A stretch of 64,000 bases of DNA, taken from assembly GCF_009914755.1 (NCBI RefSeq), contig NC_060926.1; one strand, 5' to 3'. The notes under the pieces were generated by a model that worked only from the letters and a program-made list of their open reading frames with translations, had not been told where the DNA came from and searched no databases. How positions within the stretch are numbered: position 1 is the first letter of the stretch; the number at the start of each line of letters is the position of its first letter. Below, piece after piece: positions 12,006 through 26,680 of this stretch. Source of the DNA: the human T2T-CHM13v2.0 reference genome, Homo sapiens. The position numbers and the translations under genes are program-made.

Positions 12006-13880
12006 TGATGTTACTGTGATAGATGAATAAAAGACAAAATTTAATGTCCCATCAAGGAGCTTCAAATCCTGCTTAAAGAAAATATACTTCAAAAATTTAT
12101 TGATATACTTTCAACAGGTGCTGAATGACCTGATTGCTGATAAATTTCATATTTCTTTCTCTTCCTTTCTCTCCTGTCTCATCTATCCCTCTAGCAATAA
12201 AATGACTGGAGGCCAGAGACAGAGAAATTATACCTTAGAATAAATTGTAGAAATTTCAAGGGCCACTTAGTAATATGTTTTGTTGCAGGTACCCTTAATT
12301 ACTCAGAAAAGACATTTTTTTGAAAAAGGATGCCCAACAAGTATCCCCAAAAAATGTACCCAAAAAGTGTCCAACTACAATTATAGATGCTTAGGGAGTC
12401 TGCTAATTGTGAGAACTGAGCATTAAGAATGGACTGTGTTGGCTTTATTTAAGGCTCTGTTGATGCTCATGTGTTTGGTGATAAAAGGGAATCCAGGGCT
12501 TTCCCATTAGTTTTATCTTCATCTCTGCCGTCCTCACTAAACCACAGGAAGCTATAATGTGAACCCAGTTTTGTTATACCATGAGGAACCAAGCTTGCCC
12601 TGTTCATAGGCTATGCCAAAAGCTGGAAAAGTCCCCGTGGAGGAAATGTGATTCCAATTTGGGTATGAAAGTACAATTCCCCCCTGCCAGGTTTAAATTG
12701 AGAGCATATTACTCATTTTTAGTTAATTTCTCAGCCTACAGAATAATTTGGCACATGTGTGCAGTATGTGTTCTCTCAGCTGCTTCCTTAGGGACCCCGG
12801 CCTTGACGGGATAGTCGTAATTGGGGGGAAAAGTTAATCAATGAGAATCGTGGTTAAACACTCTATTTATGTAAGAAAATACGTGTATTAAAATTAAAAG
12901 CAGAGCAATCAAAACAAGAGGAGCAGATTAATACATTTTTCTTATCTCTGACAATCTTTTTCTTAATGTCAAGGCCTGAAGCCCATGAAGGTACAGAAAT
13001 GAAATGCAATGGTTCTCAAAGCACGTGTTCTGAGAAGAAAGAGGATCGTAGTAAGTCAGTGTGGGAGAAGCCATCCTGTTCATGGGGAAACTAAACCTTC
13101 CCATGGATTTTAAATTCAGATCCTTTCTCATAGATTTCTTATTGGTGTACTGAAAACTTCAAAGGAGATTTTTCAGGCTTTTCTTTTCATCCCTTTTAAG
13201 TGTATTCCTTTTTAACATGAAAAATTATTGCCATCTCCTATGTGACTGTAGTCTCCCTAATTCAGAAAAATACACAATGCTCAAAAGCTCCTATGTACGT
13301 ATGTATGTATAATACACATTTATACATTATATATACTATGAAGTGCAATTGCATTTGCATACATTTGAAAAATAGTGGTAGATACAAGGTCACCTAAGTT
13401 TCTCCCTGTTTTGTAGTCAATGGTCATTCTTTCCTTTGACAAACAAAATACATTCCTAGGTAGCCATCCTAGCTGTCTGCGGTTCGCTCACTATGTTCTG
13501 AAGATTCCTGAGTAGGTTGCTTCTTCCTTCCAACTCGGTTTCTTTTTCCCCGCAACTCATCTGACTTTCATGACTGCCATCCTTCCATCTGATTTCATCA
13601 CCCCAGGCATGGACACAAATTCCTCCCCTTCATTGGCTAAAATGTTACCCGTACAATAGTGTTGTGCATAAATAAGACTTTCGGTAAAGATCTGGGAGTA
13701 ACAGCAGGGTGCTATCACACCACAGCAAGGGAGGCCATTTAAAATTGAACATCACACATTGTGTTGGCCAGTCATGTGTCAAGCATGCCTTACCAAATAT
13801 TATTTCACACTCCCACCCCCTGCCCCTTTCTTCTCAGGATCTAGCTGGGATCTGCTCTCTTCTTTTTAGCAGATGGAGGA

Positions 13881-13968
13881 GTTGGAGTGCAGTGGGGAGA
13901 TCATAGTTAGCTGCAGTCTCAAACCCCTGGGTTCAGGTGATCCTCCCACCTCAGCCTCTCCTGAGTAG
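13881..13968 (-). mobile_element. Alu monomer (FLAM/AluJ) fragment
   Basis: ggagtgcagtgg...gatcctcccacctcagcctc...gagtag. Confidence 0.75.
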
Positions 13969-15124
13969 TGATCTGCTGTCTTCTAACCAATAATTATTTT
14001 AACCAATAATTTCTCCTACATCTAGCACCCCTTTATCAACAACCTTTCCTCCTGCCTCAGACCCTCCCCCACAGCAATGAGGATTCCAACTTAGCTTGTC
14101 TCTGACATCGGGGTAAATTGAAAATCTCTATTATTTCATGACACAGAGAAATTTCAATCCCTTTGTTATTATTGTGTGTTTTATGATTAATATAAAAAGC
14201 CCCATTATGTGTCTTTCTTCCTGCCCTCTCAGAGCAATCTGCCCATACTTCAGTCAATTGTAGCACAGTAGCTTTTTCTCCCTGCTATAACTATGACCGA
14301 CAACTATTTATTTGGCTTACAGCAGCATTGGTGCACCTCTTAGAACCCCCTTCAATGTGCCCCATTAAAGATCTACAGCCACCCCAGCTTGGAAACAGCT
14401 GATCTCTACAACAGTAAAACTCGTGAGTGGGCAAATGAGGTCTGTGACACAGTTCACTTTTGGTGAAAACACGCTTTCCTCTTTACTTTATCATGAATTT
14501 TGCTCCTTGTTCTTTTCCTCACCTGCTTTCTTTAATAAAGATGATGAACACTTACAGAGAAAAAGTAAAGGAAGACCTGTAGCAAGGTGTTAACTCTCCC
14601 AGAAGCACCGCATTTGAATGTGCAACACAATCTTAAGCCAAGACAGTTTAAACAAAAAATGAGTGTCTTTGGCTGTGAGATATTAATCATCCCAAAGCAG
14701 AGGGAGAATATGTCTTTGGGGGAAAGGGGCCTTCCCAGCTTCCTGGAATTGTACAGTATAACATGACTTCCTATTCCATCTTTCTATATGCCTCCCTTTT
14801 GTAGACTAGCTTACTTTAACAAAAGAATTGAAATGGATGAGGTCCAAGTGAAGTCATACCTTCCTCTTCTCGTCCATAGTACTGGATTAATAGCTCAAGC
14901 CTGTGCTTCTTTCTTTATCCTCCAAACTGCCCACAGCCCCTACTTCCTGCTAGGTATTCAGCAGATAACCAGTGCTCAGTGCTCTGGTCTTATAAAGCAC
15001 TGATTGATTTCTGAATGTTAGAAATATGCATCTCTCTTCCTTACAAAAGTTAATTAAATTGTAAACTCGCCAATCATGCTGTACACTTGCATTTTGGAAG
15101 AGTGCCAATTAAATATTCAGCGAC

Positions 15125-15345
15125 TGGCATAATGTCGCAGTGGTTACAATCGTGAATCAGAATCAGACCCCCTGGGTCTCCAACTCAGCTCTGACATGTA
15201 CCGGGTGACCCAGGGAAGGTTATTTAATACATCTGGCATAGTTTCATCATATGTAAAATGGGAATAATAAAGTACCTGCTTCTTGGGTTTGCTGCAGGAA
15301 TAAAACAAGGCAATTTCTGTTTAATGCTTAAAATGGTGTATGGCA
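15125..15345 (+). mobile_element. MIR
   Basis: gcagtggtta...atcagaccccctgggt...agtttcatcatatgtaaaatgggaataata. Confidence 0.75.
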
Positions 15346-16139
15346 AGAAATTCAAATATGGCTTTGTATGTCTGCTTTCACTGAAGTATCTGTGTGATAG
15401 CTGTAGGTTTCAAGGTGATGGTAAAGCTGAACTTAGAACATACAAAGAAAAGTGCAATGAATTGGCTACACAGCTCTAGAAGTTCTAGCTTCTTCAAAAC
15501 TATAAAATGCAGAGGGGAGAAAAAAAGGAACTAGTTATGAAGAGATTTATTTGGAAAGATCTGTTGCTGACTGGTCCCTAGAATTTGTCTGGGAGTGGAT
15601 GGCTGGGATGTGTGGTCTTGTTACCTTTTAGCCCACTGTTTTGTAAATTTGAACTGAGAAAGGAATTCAATGTGAATATTTTGAGACCTGCCTATACCGT
15701 GTCTGGGGCTGAAGAACATTGTGGATCTCACTCCTGCTTCAGGGATCAGGAAAGGTAAATAAACAGAGATGGGCTCAGTGCCTGGGAAACAGAGGCAGGA
15801 CCATTTTTATGGGTTAGAGACAGCCTGCGGAGCAAGTATTTGTCAGAGCAAAGGGTTTAGTTGCTTTTCTGAGGAGCAGATGCTGACTATCCAGGAGAGA
15901 GAAAGTTACCTGGTACATGTACAGTCACACAGAGTTGCCTGAGAGGGATGGAGGACCCCAGCAGCTAAAGCCAGAGGGGAGCATCAGTGTTTGAAAGGAG
16001 TCACATGCAACCACCCAGTGCAAGGATGCATTGGTGTGTTCAAGGTTATTGCAAGAGGGTGAGTGCACCTAGCTTCTGCAATGAGATTTGGGAAGAATCA
16101 AGCAAGTGTTCCAGAGAGATATAGACAGATTTTTCAACA

Positions 16140-16429
16140 TTTGCCAGGCTGGAGACTCAGCAAAGAGTTTCAGTTAGAATCCAAAGACAGTCTGCTGGCA
16201 GAATTCCTCCTGGCTTGCAGGAGGTCAGTCTTTGTTCTATTAGGGCCTTCAACTGATTGGCTAAGGCTCACAATGTTATGGTGTTCAATTTGCTGTACTC
16301 AGAATGCACTGTTTTAAATGTCAATCTCATCTAAAAAAAATACCTTCACAGAAACATCAAGAATAATAATTGACCAAATATCTGGGTACTATGGCCTAAC
16401 CAAATTGACACATAGATTTAATCATCACA
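16140..16429 (-). mobile_element. MLT2 (MLT2D-like) ERVL LTR fragment
   Basis: agtctgctggcagaattcct, ccttcaactgattgg, ccttcacagaaacatc, aaattgacacatagatttaatcatcaca. Confidence 0.8.
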
Positions 16430-18881
16430 GATGGGTTGCAGGGAAGAGTATGCAAGCAAGTGAATGAAAGAGGAAAGCCAGACACATCCCTTTCCCACTT
16501 TGGGTTTGCGGAACTTGGGAAAGCAGGGAGGACTTGACGTTAAATTACACGGTGACTTTGATTTATTATGTACTAGATCTTCTGATTGTTCACATAAAAG
16601 TATCTGTACAACCCCAAGTAGACTTAGGATGCTGGTAAAGAAAGTACTGATACTGCCCAAGCAGGCTAAAATATTAAACTTTTTAAAAAGAATAGCAGTA
16701 TACCAAAAAAAACGGAACAAAACAAGTCTTTCGATTACCCCAGAAGTATTCATGCATAGTATACCAGTTACATGCACCTGGTACATGGTAAACATTCAGC
16801 AAATACTCACTACTATTACTACATATACATACACATATGATAATTTCCAGTAAATCCCACACAAAATCTATATACTTTTATATATATGGTTTTTTGATGG
16901 TTCCACATAAATTTAGACTGACGGCCTGAAATAGCAGCAAACATTCAGCAAAAAAACCAATTTTTAAATGTATTTACTTCTTTTGTAAAATTATATTCCA
17001 AAGATTGCTTTATGTTTTGATGTTTCACATAACTATATTTCCTGAACTTTGCTCTGTGGTGGGATTTATATATATAAACTTTAAAACTTAAACATACTCA
17101 TGCTATGTCTTTGTTGATGTTCATTATTGTCTGTAGTCTTGGAGCACTATTGACTCTTAGGTGAACCAATAATCATCTTGCTGAATTGAAGTAGGAAGTT
17201 GTAATTAAAGAATTTGCTTACTAGTCTACCTTCCCTTGCTCCTTCTCCCTCTGAGTTTCTCTCTTCACAATATACCTGCCTACTCTGCTACTCTGGATTC
17301 CAGAAAACATAGTTGCGTGTGGTACTCAAAGTAAGTCGATCAGTCAGAGACATCAGTTAGCTTGACCCAATACTGGTGTTCAAAGGTCCTTTTATAGATG
17401 TTATTCTCTAGGCTGTACGAACAGCCTTTTAAGAGATGCTTTTAAGGTTGGAGATGAAGATCAATAAGAATAAATTGGGTGCCCAGATCTAAGGATGTAA
17501 AAGGCTTGCATTAAGACGGCAATTGGCTTTCTTACACAAATAAACCCTTTCAGTTACAGCTTTAGTGGGTTTAATTTAGCCATGAGCTTCTTGATAATCA
17601 TTTTTTTCTTGTTTTTTCTTGTATTTGTTTGTTTTATTATCTTTTATTCAAGGGAGTTAGGACTTGATTACACGAGACTTAACCCAAGATTGTTATATAA
17701 ATTTTGACTTTACTTTTAAAAATTTCTGCTAAAGCACTAGCTGAAGTAGTTCTTACTTCAAAATAAAATGTATGTGTAAACTCATGGGACCTATAACCCA
17801 AAATAAATTACTGTAGTGGGTCACTGGTTAAAAAGAGAGGTGGACTGGGGATGGAATTGTGTTGTCTTACTTTCCGGAACAATAAAGGGAAAGACTTGGC
17901 TGCATCCTTTGGCAACGTACTGCATGTTAACTAATTTGTGGTGAAGGTTTAAACAAAATTCATGCGGGAAAATCAAGCAGTTTCAAGAGCCCCATTCTCA
18001 TTCCATCAGACCACTTTGAAAATAAGACACTGCCAAGTTTTTGAAAGTGGGGTAGAAAGAATGTAAGTCTCGCCATTGACTTTTCAATGCTAAATAAGTC
18101 AAAAGGCTTGCCAATTGGAAGACAGAATGAACACCAGCATCCACAATGATGCCGGCAATGGCCCTGGTAAATGTTGAGTCTCGGAAATTGAAATTGTGAC
18201 ACTGTACTCATATTAAGCAGCAGGAAGGAGATGATCCTCAGAATTCTGTCAATTTAAGTGTCTGATACCCTTTCAACAACCTGTGCCTTTTTGTTAAAAC
18301 TCAGAAAAGCACTTTATAAAAAAATAAAGTGTGTTTTTTTTAATCAGTTCTCTAGGCTGTAAATCATAACCAATTCATATTTCTTCAACATCTGCTAGGA
18401 GCTGTAACATACATTAATAAAATTGGGTAGTAAATTTAGCATAAAGAAGAGATACAAAAAAGAAGGCACACTTACATGAAAATATGAAAAGAAAGAATGG
18501 ACTTGGAAAGAAAATCTTCTAGAGAGAAGAAAGCTGCCCATCCAATTTCCACCCTGGTATTGCCCGTGATTGCATCACATTGCAAACTCTCATTGCCAGG
18601 CTTGTCCATTTTCTTTTTGGGTCCTGAGATCATTTTATCACAGTTTCTAAGATGTCACCTTCTCCTCTCTTTCAGGGAAGGGCTCCCCATGCCTCTGAAA
18701 GTTACTGAAAGGCAGGTCCTACTGAAGCCCCAAGAGCTGAAAATCTGAGAAGGTAGTGAAAGTGACCAGAGCTCTCCCTGCCAGCAGTCATAGGGCTTTC
18801 CAAGTAGGCAACCAGGAAAGTAAACATGCCAAGGGGCAGAACAGGAGGTCCTCTCTGGGTAAACAAAGCATGCTTCCCACA

Positions 18882-18898
18882 TGACCTCTGTCTGACCT
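18882..18898 (-). promoter_or_regulatory. Consensus DR5 nuclear-receptor element (AGGTCA-GACAG-AGGTCA), candidate RARE
   Basis: tgacct ctgtc tgacct on the plus strand. The motif match is exact; function is untested. Confidence 0.4.
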
Positions 18899-19608
18899 CC
18901 CAAGGGAAAAAGCCAAAGTAGTCAGCACCTCCAGCCAGTGGAAGCAACATCGGTGACAATTGGCGCAGGAACTCCCGGGCTTTCTGAAGGAGCAAAGAAA
19001 TGACACAGCAGTATTTCTAGACAGGGTGAAATGATGATCATACTGCAGAGGCTCCTTTATTCTCAGTCTCTTCTCCATTACCTGTCACATTTCCCTAACT
19101 GGTAAATATCAGTTAGACTTATGGAGATTTGTTATGAACCCAGTTATTCTGTTGCTCTTAAATGGGATGAGTATTTACAATCTGTAACATGTGATATATG
19201 AAGATGCAAGGCCTGTTAATTTTAATTGGGTTCCCGAGTAGGTCAAAGAATGCTGAGCTGCTCTTGCGGTTTTGTGGGCTTGTTTCAGCAGAGGAACTAG
19301 CAGCAATCACCATGAACACCCTTCTTATAAAAATGATAAATAAATACGGAATGAGACTTTGGGGCCAAATTGGCATTGGTATCATTTAATTTCTTTGTGT
19401 GTTTCCAGCCAATTAAATGAATGGGTGCCTGTGGTAATTGAACTCACTTTGATAATTAGGCCTTAAGGATTCTTAAATTACTGAATGTTAATGAATATTT
19501 CCCAAGTATGGTCCCTGTATCCTAAGTGCTGCCAAATGGAATTTGCCTCTTTATCATTAAAATGTAGTTCTTTTAAAAATTCCACATAGGAAATAGAAAC
19601 TAGAAACA

Positions 19609-19880
19609 GAGGCCGAGGCGGGCGGATCACAAGGTCAGGAGATCGAGACCATTCTGGCTAATGTGGTGAAACCCCGTCTCTACTAAAAATATAAAAAATT
19701 AACTAGGCATGGTGGCGAGCGCCTGTAGTCCCAGGTACTCAGGAGGCTGAGGCAGGAGAGTGGTGTGAAGCTGGGAGACGGAGCTTGCAGTGAGCCGAGA
19801 CCGCACCACTGCACTCTAGCCTGGGTGAAAGAGCAAGACTCCGTCTCAAAAAAAAAAAAAAAAAAGGAAAAAAAAAGAAA
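19609..19880 (+). mobile_element. AluY, 5'-truncated
   Basis: gatcgagaccattctggctaa, ggagcttgcagtgagccgaga, long A tail; first ~40 nt absent. Confidence 0.9.
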
Positions 19881-20543
19881 CTGAGGACTTAGTTCTGTTG
19901 CTTCTCTTTACAGGTTTGAGCAGGTTGATGAAATTTAAATCTAAGAAAAATTTTACTATGAAAGAGACATAGTTGAATTTACCCCTTGGAACTTGGAAGG
20001 CCATATATAACAGTATGCAAATTAAAGCCATATGCAAGGAGGAAACTGCTGCTTCACCAAAGCTACCTACAAATGCTGTTCAGCTGACAAATGCCCACTA
20101 TATTTACCAATAATTTGAGGGTACGGATGGGGAAAGGTCTGGGCTATCGTGGAGGTGTACTCTCCAGGCAGAAATGTACAATGGGCCTGCTCTGGTGATT
20201 CCACCAGGAGATGAGTCATACCAAGCATTCTTATCTGAAAGCTGTGGTTTCCATTTTTCTTGGTATTATTTTACAAACCTTTATTATTTGTCCCTCAGGC
20301 TTACAGTGCAAATCAGTAAACTGAAACACACTTAGATCAAATACTTACTGCAAACACTGAGTAATGAGGGAAACATTTCTAGGGCATGCTTTATTTGTGC
20401 TTATTTATTTCATATATTTCAAACATTCAAACATTTCAAATATTCAAATATTTTCTTAAAAATCTATAACAAAGCTCTTACATAATCTTCCTTAGAAGGG
20501 GAAGGTGTAGGGGGGCAGAAAATTAGCTTCTCTTAAACATCTT

Positions 20544-20870
20544 TGCTACGGTCTGAATGCCCTTCAAATTCATATGCTGAAAATCTAAACACCAATGAGA
20601 TAGTCTAAGATGGGGCCTGTAGATGGTGATTATATCATAAGCCCTCATGAATGGGATTAGTGGTCTTATAACAGAGGCCCCAGAGAGCTACCTTGCCCCT
20701 TTTCTGCTATGTGAGATTACAGTCAGAAGTGGGCCCTCCCCAAATATCAAATCTGCTGGCACCTTGATCTTGAACTTCCCAGTTTCCAGAACAGTGAGAA
20801 ATACATTTCTGTTGCTTACAAGCCCTAAAGTTTATGGTATTTTGTTATAGTAGCCAAAAGGAACTAAGAA
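20544..20870 (+). mobile_element. MLT1A-type MaLR LTR
   Basis: gccctcatgaatgggattagtg, aaatctgctggcaccttgatcttgaacttcccag, ggtattttgttatag. Confidence 0.85.
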
Positions 20871-21558
20871 AATTATTTAGGTCTCAGACCCTGTACTGAA
20901 TCCACACATATGATTTCATCACTAAAAAGTCATGAGATTTTGAGGGGTGGAAACTGCATTTCTGCTAAACAAAACCATGTGGGACATTAGGGATAATTCA
21001 ATATATTCTACACTAAACCAATCTATTATTTAAATCAACAAATTCACACTCATTCACTGAGGTCAAACGAGCCCTGCCATTTCAACACCATTTTAAGTGA
21101 ACCTCCAAAGCCTTGATCATATCTCTGCATAAAACATGGATAATAATCCTGCCAAGAAGAGATGTTGTAAGAACCAAGCTTCATAACATGAAAAAAGCCA
21201 CAGCAGAGCTCCTGGTATTTGATAAATGCTACTTGCTCTCTTTCCTTTTTCCCTTCTTGACAGAGTAAGGAATGTCCACCTTTGTTGCATGCTCAAATTT
21301 GGTCCTAAATAAATTTTAATTGCACCATCTGATGTAAATAACATTAAATGTATGAGTCATTAGTATTCAAATCACAAAGATTTGAATAAGGTTTTGAGTG
21401 TTTTTATAAGGTTCTCCTGCCCTTCCCCATATGGAGATATTTTTGTTCCAGCCATTTTATCTATATTCCTCCCCTTCAAAGCTTGCATAACATTTGTGAT
21501 TACTTCCCATTGGTCAGAAATTAGTTATTTGGCCTCACTTAGATACAAGAAAGCCTAG

Positions 21559-22222
21559 TGTGTTAATCAGGGTTCTCCAGAGGGACAGAACAAATATCTA
21601 TTGGTTATATATATATATGAGAAAGGGAGTTTATTAGGGAGAATTGAATTGGCTCACACAATCACAAAAGTGAAGTCCCATGAGAGGCTGTCTGCAAGCT
21701 GGAGAATGAGAGAAGCCAGTAGCATGGCTAGCTTGGCAGCCAGGGAAGCCTTTGGTAGCATTACTCACTCCAAGTCTAAAAGTTTCCAAACCAGGAAAGC
21801 AAACAGTACAACCCTCACTCTGAGGCCAAAGGCCTGAGAGTTCCCAGAAGGCCACTGGTGCAAGTCCCAGAGTACAAAGGCTAAAGAACCTGGAATTTGA
21901 TGTCCTAGGGCAGGAGAAGAAAAGGGGTACTGCTCTGGAAAAGAGAGAGAAAGAGAGAAAAAAAAGGAAGCAAGAAAAAGAAAAAAAGAAAAGCAAGCAA
22001 GCTGAATGTCTTCCTTCTTCCACCTCCTTTGTTGTAAGTATTCCTGCAGCCCATTAGATGGTACCCACCCACATTGAGGGCAGGTCTTCCTCTCTCAGTC
22101 CACCGACTATCCTGTCAATCTCCTCTGGCAACACCTTCACAGATACACTCAGAATTAATGCTTCGCTGCCACTGAGCCATCCCTCAATCCAGTCAAGTTG
22201 ACACCTAATACTAACCATCATA
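21559..22222 (-). mobile_element. MLT2B-type ERVL LTR nested in an older MLT1 fragment (~21500-22330)
   Basis: tcagggttctccagagggacagaa...caagttgacacctaatactaaccatca; probable 5-bp TSD cctag/cctgg. Confidence 0.85.
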
Positions 22223-22349
22223 CCTGGAAAGTACAGTTTTTATATAGGAGGCCATGTGTCAGCTAAAAGTCAGATTCTATTACTGATAAAGAAGAATCTA
22301 TTGAGTGTCAAGCGCTACTCATTGCCACAAGAGGTATTACAAATTTCAA

Positions 22350-22787
22350 AAGACATAAAGGTAGCTTGAGTTTTAGATATATTTTGAAGGTAGAGGCAAA
22401 TAAATTTATTGATTAATTGAATATAGAGTATGAGAAGAATCAAGGATGTCTCAAAGGGTTTGGGGTATAAGCAATGAAATGAGAGTTGCCTTTGAAAGAG
22501 CTGGAGAAGACAGATGGGGAGTAGATTTTTAGGAGGGCTAAACCAGGGTTCCTTTTGTGGTTTAGTGTTTGAGATATCAGTTACACATAAAAGGAGAGAT
22601 GCACAAAGACAGATGATCTATAAGTCTAGAGAGTTCAGAGAGAAGGTCTGGATTGGAAAATTGATGTGGGAATCATTAAGGAACAGAAGAAAAGAGTTTC
22701 AAGTTCAGAGTGTGGGAAGCCCTAATATTTACAGATCTAAACAAAGGAAAAAACCAGCAGGAAACACTAAGAAGCTGCAACCAGTAT
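22350..22787 (-). mobile_element. L2 fragment
   Basis: gatatattttgaaggtagag, gtctagagagttcagagagaaggtctggattgga. Confidence 0.6.
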
Positions 22788-23982
22788 TGTGTCCAGAATT
22801 GGTGGGTTCTTGGTCTCACTGACTTCAAGAACAAAGCCACGGACCCTCGCAGTGAGCATTACAGTTCTTAAAGGCAGTCTGTCTGGACAGCCTTCCTTCT
22901 GATGTTCAGATGTGTTCAGAGTTTTTTCCTTCTGGTGGGTTCGTGGTCTCACTGGCTTCAGAAGTGAAGCTACAAACTTCACAGTGAGTGTTACAGCTCA
23001 TAAAGGCAGTGTGGACCCAACGAGTGAGCAACAGTAATATTTATTACAAAAAGCAAAACAACAAAAGTTCCACAACGTGGAAGGAAAACCCAGTAGGTTG
23101 CCACTGCTGGCTCAGGCAGCCAGCTTTTATTCTCTTATCTGGCCCCACCCACATCCTGCTGATTGGTCCATTTTACAGAGAGCCGATTGGTCTGTTTCAC
23201 AGAGAGCTGATTGGTCCATTTTGACAGGGTGCTGATTGGTGCATTTACAATCCCTGAGCTAGACACAAAAGTTCTCCACCTCCCCGCTAGATTAGCTAGA
23301 TACAGAGTGTCCATTGGTGTATTTACAACCCCTGAGCTAGAGACAGAGTGCTGATTGGTGTATTTACAATCCCTTAGCTATACATAAAGATTCTCCAAGT
23401 CCCCACCAGACTTAGGAGCCTATCTGGCTTCTCCCAGTGGATCCCGAACTGGGGCCGCAGGTGGAGCTGCCTGCCAGTCCCGCGCAGTGCGCCCGCACTC
23501 TTCAGCCTTTGGCGGTCGATGGGACTGGGCGCTGTGGAGCTGGGAGCAGTGCTCTCGTCGGGGAGGCTCGGCCAGGCAGGAGCCCATGGCGGAGGTGGGG
23601 CGGGGGAGGCTCAGGCACGGCGGGCTGCAGGTCCCAAGCCCTGCCCCGTGGGGAGGCAGCCCAGGTGCTAAGCCCCTCACTGCCCGGGGCTTCCGGGCCG
23701 GCCGGCCGCTCAGAGTGCGGGGCCTGCCGAGCCCACGCCCACCCGGAACTCGCGCTGGCCCGCAAGCGCCGCGTGCAGCCACGGTTCCCGACAGCGCCTC
23801 TCCCTCCACACCTCCCCGCAAGCTGAGGGAGCCGGCTCCAGCCTTGACCAGCCCAGAAAAGGGCTCCCACAGTGCAGCGGCGGGCTGAAGGGCTCCTCAG
23901 GCGCCGCCAGAATGGGCGCCGAGGCTGAGGCACCGAGAGCGAGCGTGGGCTGCGAGGGCTGCCAGTATGCTGTCACCTCTCA
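22788..23982 (-). mobile_element. LTR12-family (ERV9/HERV9) solo LTR, LTR12C-like
   Basis: Ends tgtgtccagaattggtgggttcttggtctcactgacttcaag and gctgtcacctctca; tandem gctgattggt repeats; 4-bp TSD GTAT (22784-87, 23983-86). Confidence 0.95.
23100..23360 (-). promoter_or_regulatory. LTR12 promoter/enhancer: six CCAAT boxes, GATA site and AATAAAA TATA-like box
   Basis: attgg at 23162, 23186, 23210, 23235, 23313 and 23354; ttatct 23135-40; ttttatt 23125-31; known ERV9 U3 architecture. Confidence 0.7.
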
Positions 23983-24019
23983 GTATGATAGAAAAAAGTG
24001 AGTATGGCGAACTGGTGGT

Positions 24020-26332
<2,313 letters not shown>

Positions 26333-26449
26333 TTAAACATAAAAACATAATGCGTGTCTTTAAATATTTAAATAGAAATAATATAAAATATGTAAAATGC
26401 ATTTTATGTTTTAAGAAGTATTAAAATTTAAAATATTAATAAAGTGAGT

Positions 26450-26680
26450 CATTAACTTCCGTAGGTGCTGACTCTGTGTCATACACATGTGCATTTTACA
26501 TTATCACAGCATCTTCTAAAGCATTCATGTTTTACTTTAGAGATTAGAAAACTGTGGCTTAAAAAGTTAAATAATATTTCCAGTGTTTTTTTAGCTAGAA
26601 ATAGCACAGACAGGATTAAAACCCAGGCTGTCTGATTAGAAATCCTACACAATGATTCACTATTTGGAACTGCCACTAAG
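26450..26680 (-). mobile_element. MIR
   Basis: tttagagattagaaaactgtggcttaaaaagttaaataa...aggattaaaacccaggctgtctga. Confidence 0.65.

Noticed and set aside
9322-13360. Isolated octamers (ATGCAAAT/ATTTGCAT) at ~9322, 11053, 11082, 13353
   Set aside because: Expected by chance in AT-rich DNA and lacking a correctly spaced SOX partner.
16418-16853. Overlapping antiparallel 125/129-aa ORFs in unique DNA
   Set aside because: No recognisable homology or splice structure; lengths are compatible with chance in 64 kb.
23160-23400. Regularly spaced repeats resembling a CRISPR array
   Set aside because: They are LTR12 U3 tandem repeats with similar, not unique, spacers; eukaryotic DNA with no cas genes.
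23420-23976. Five overlapping 88-143 aa ORFs on both strands
   Set aside because: All lie in the GC-rich LTR12 U3, where stop codons are scarce; low-complexity Pro/Arg/Gly/Ala content and no recognisable domain.
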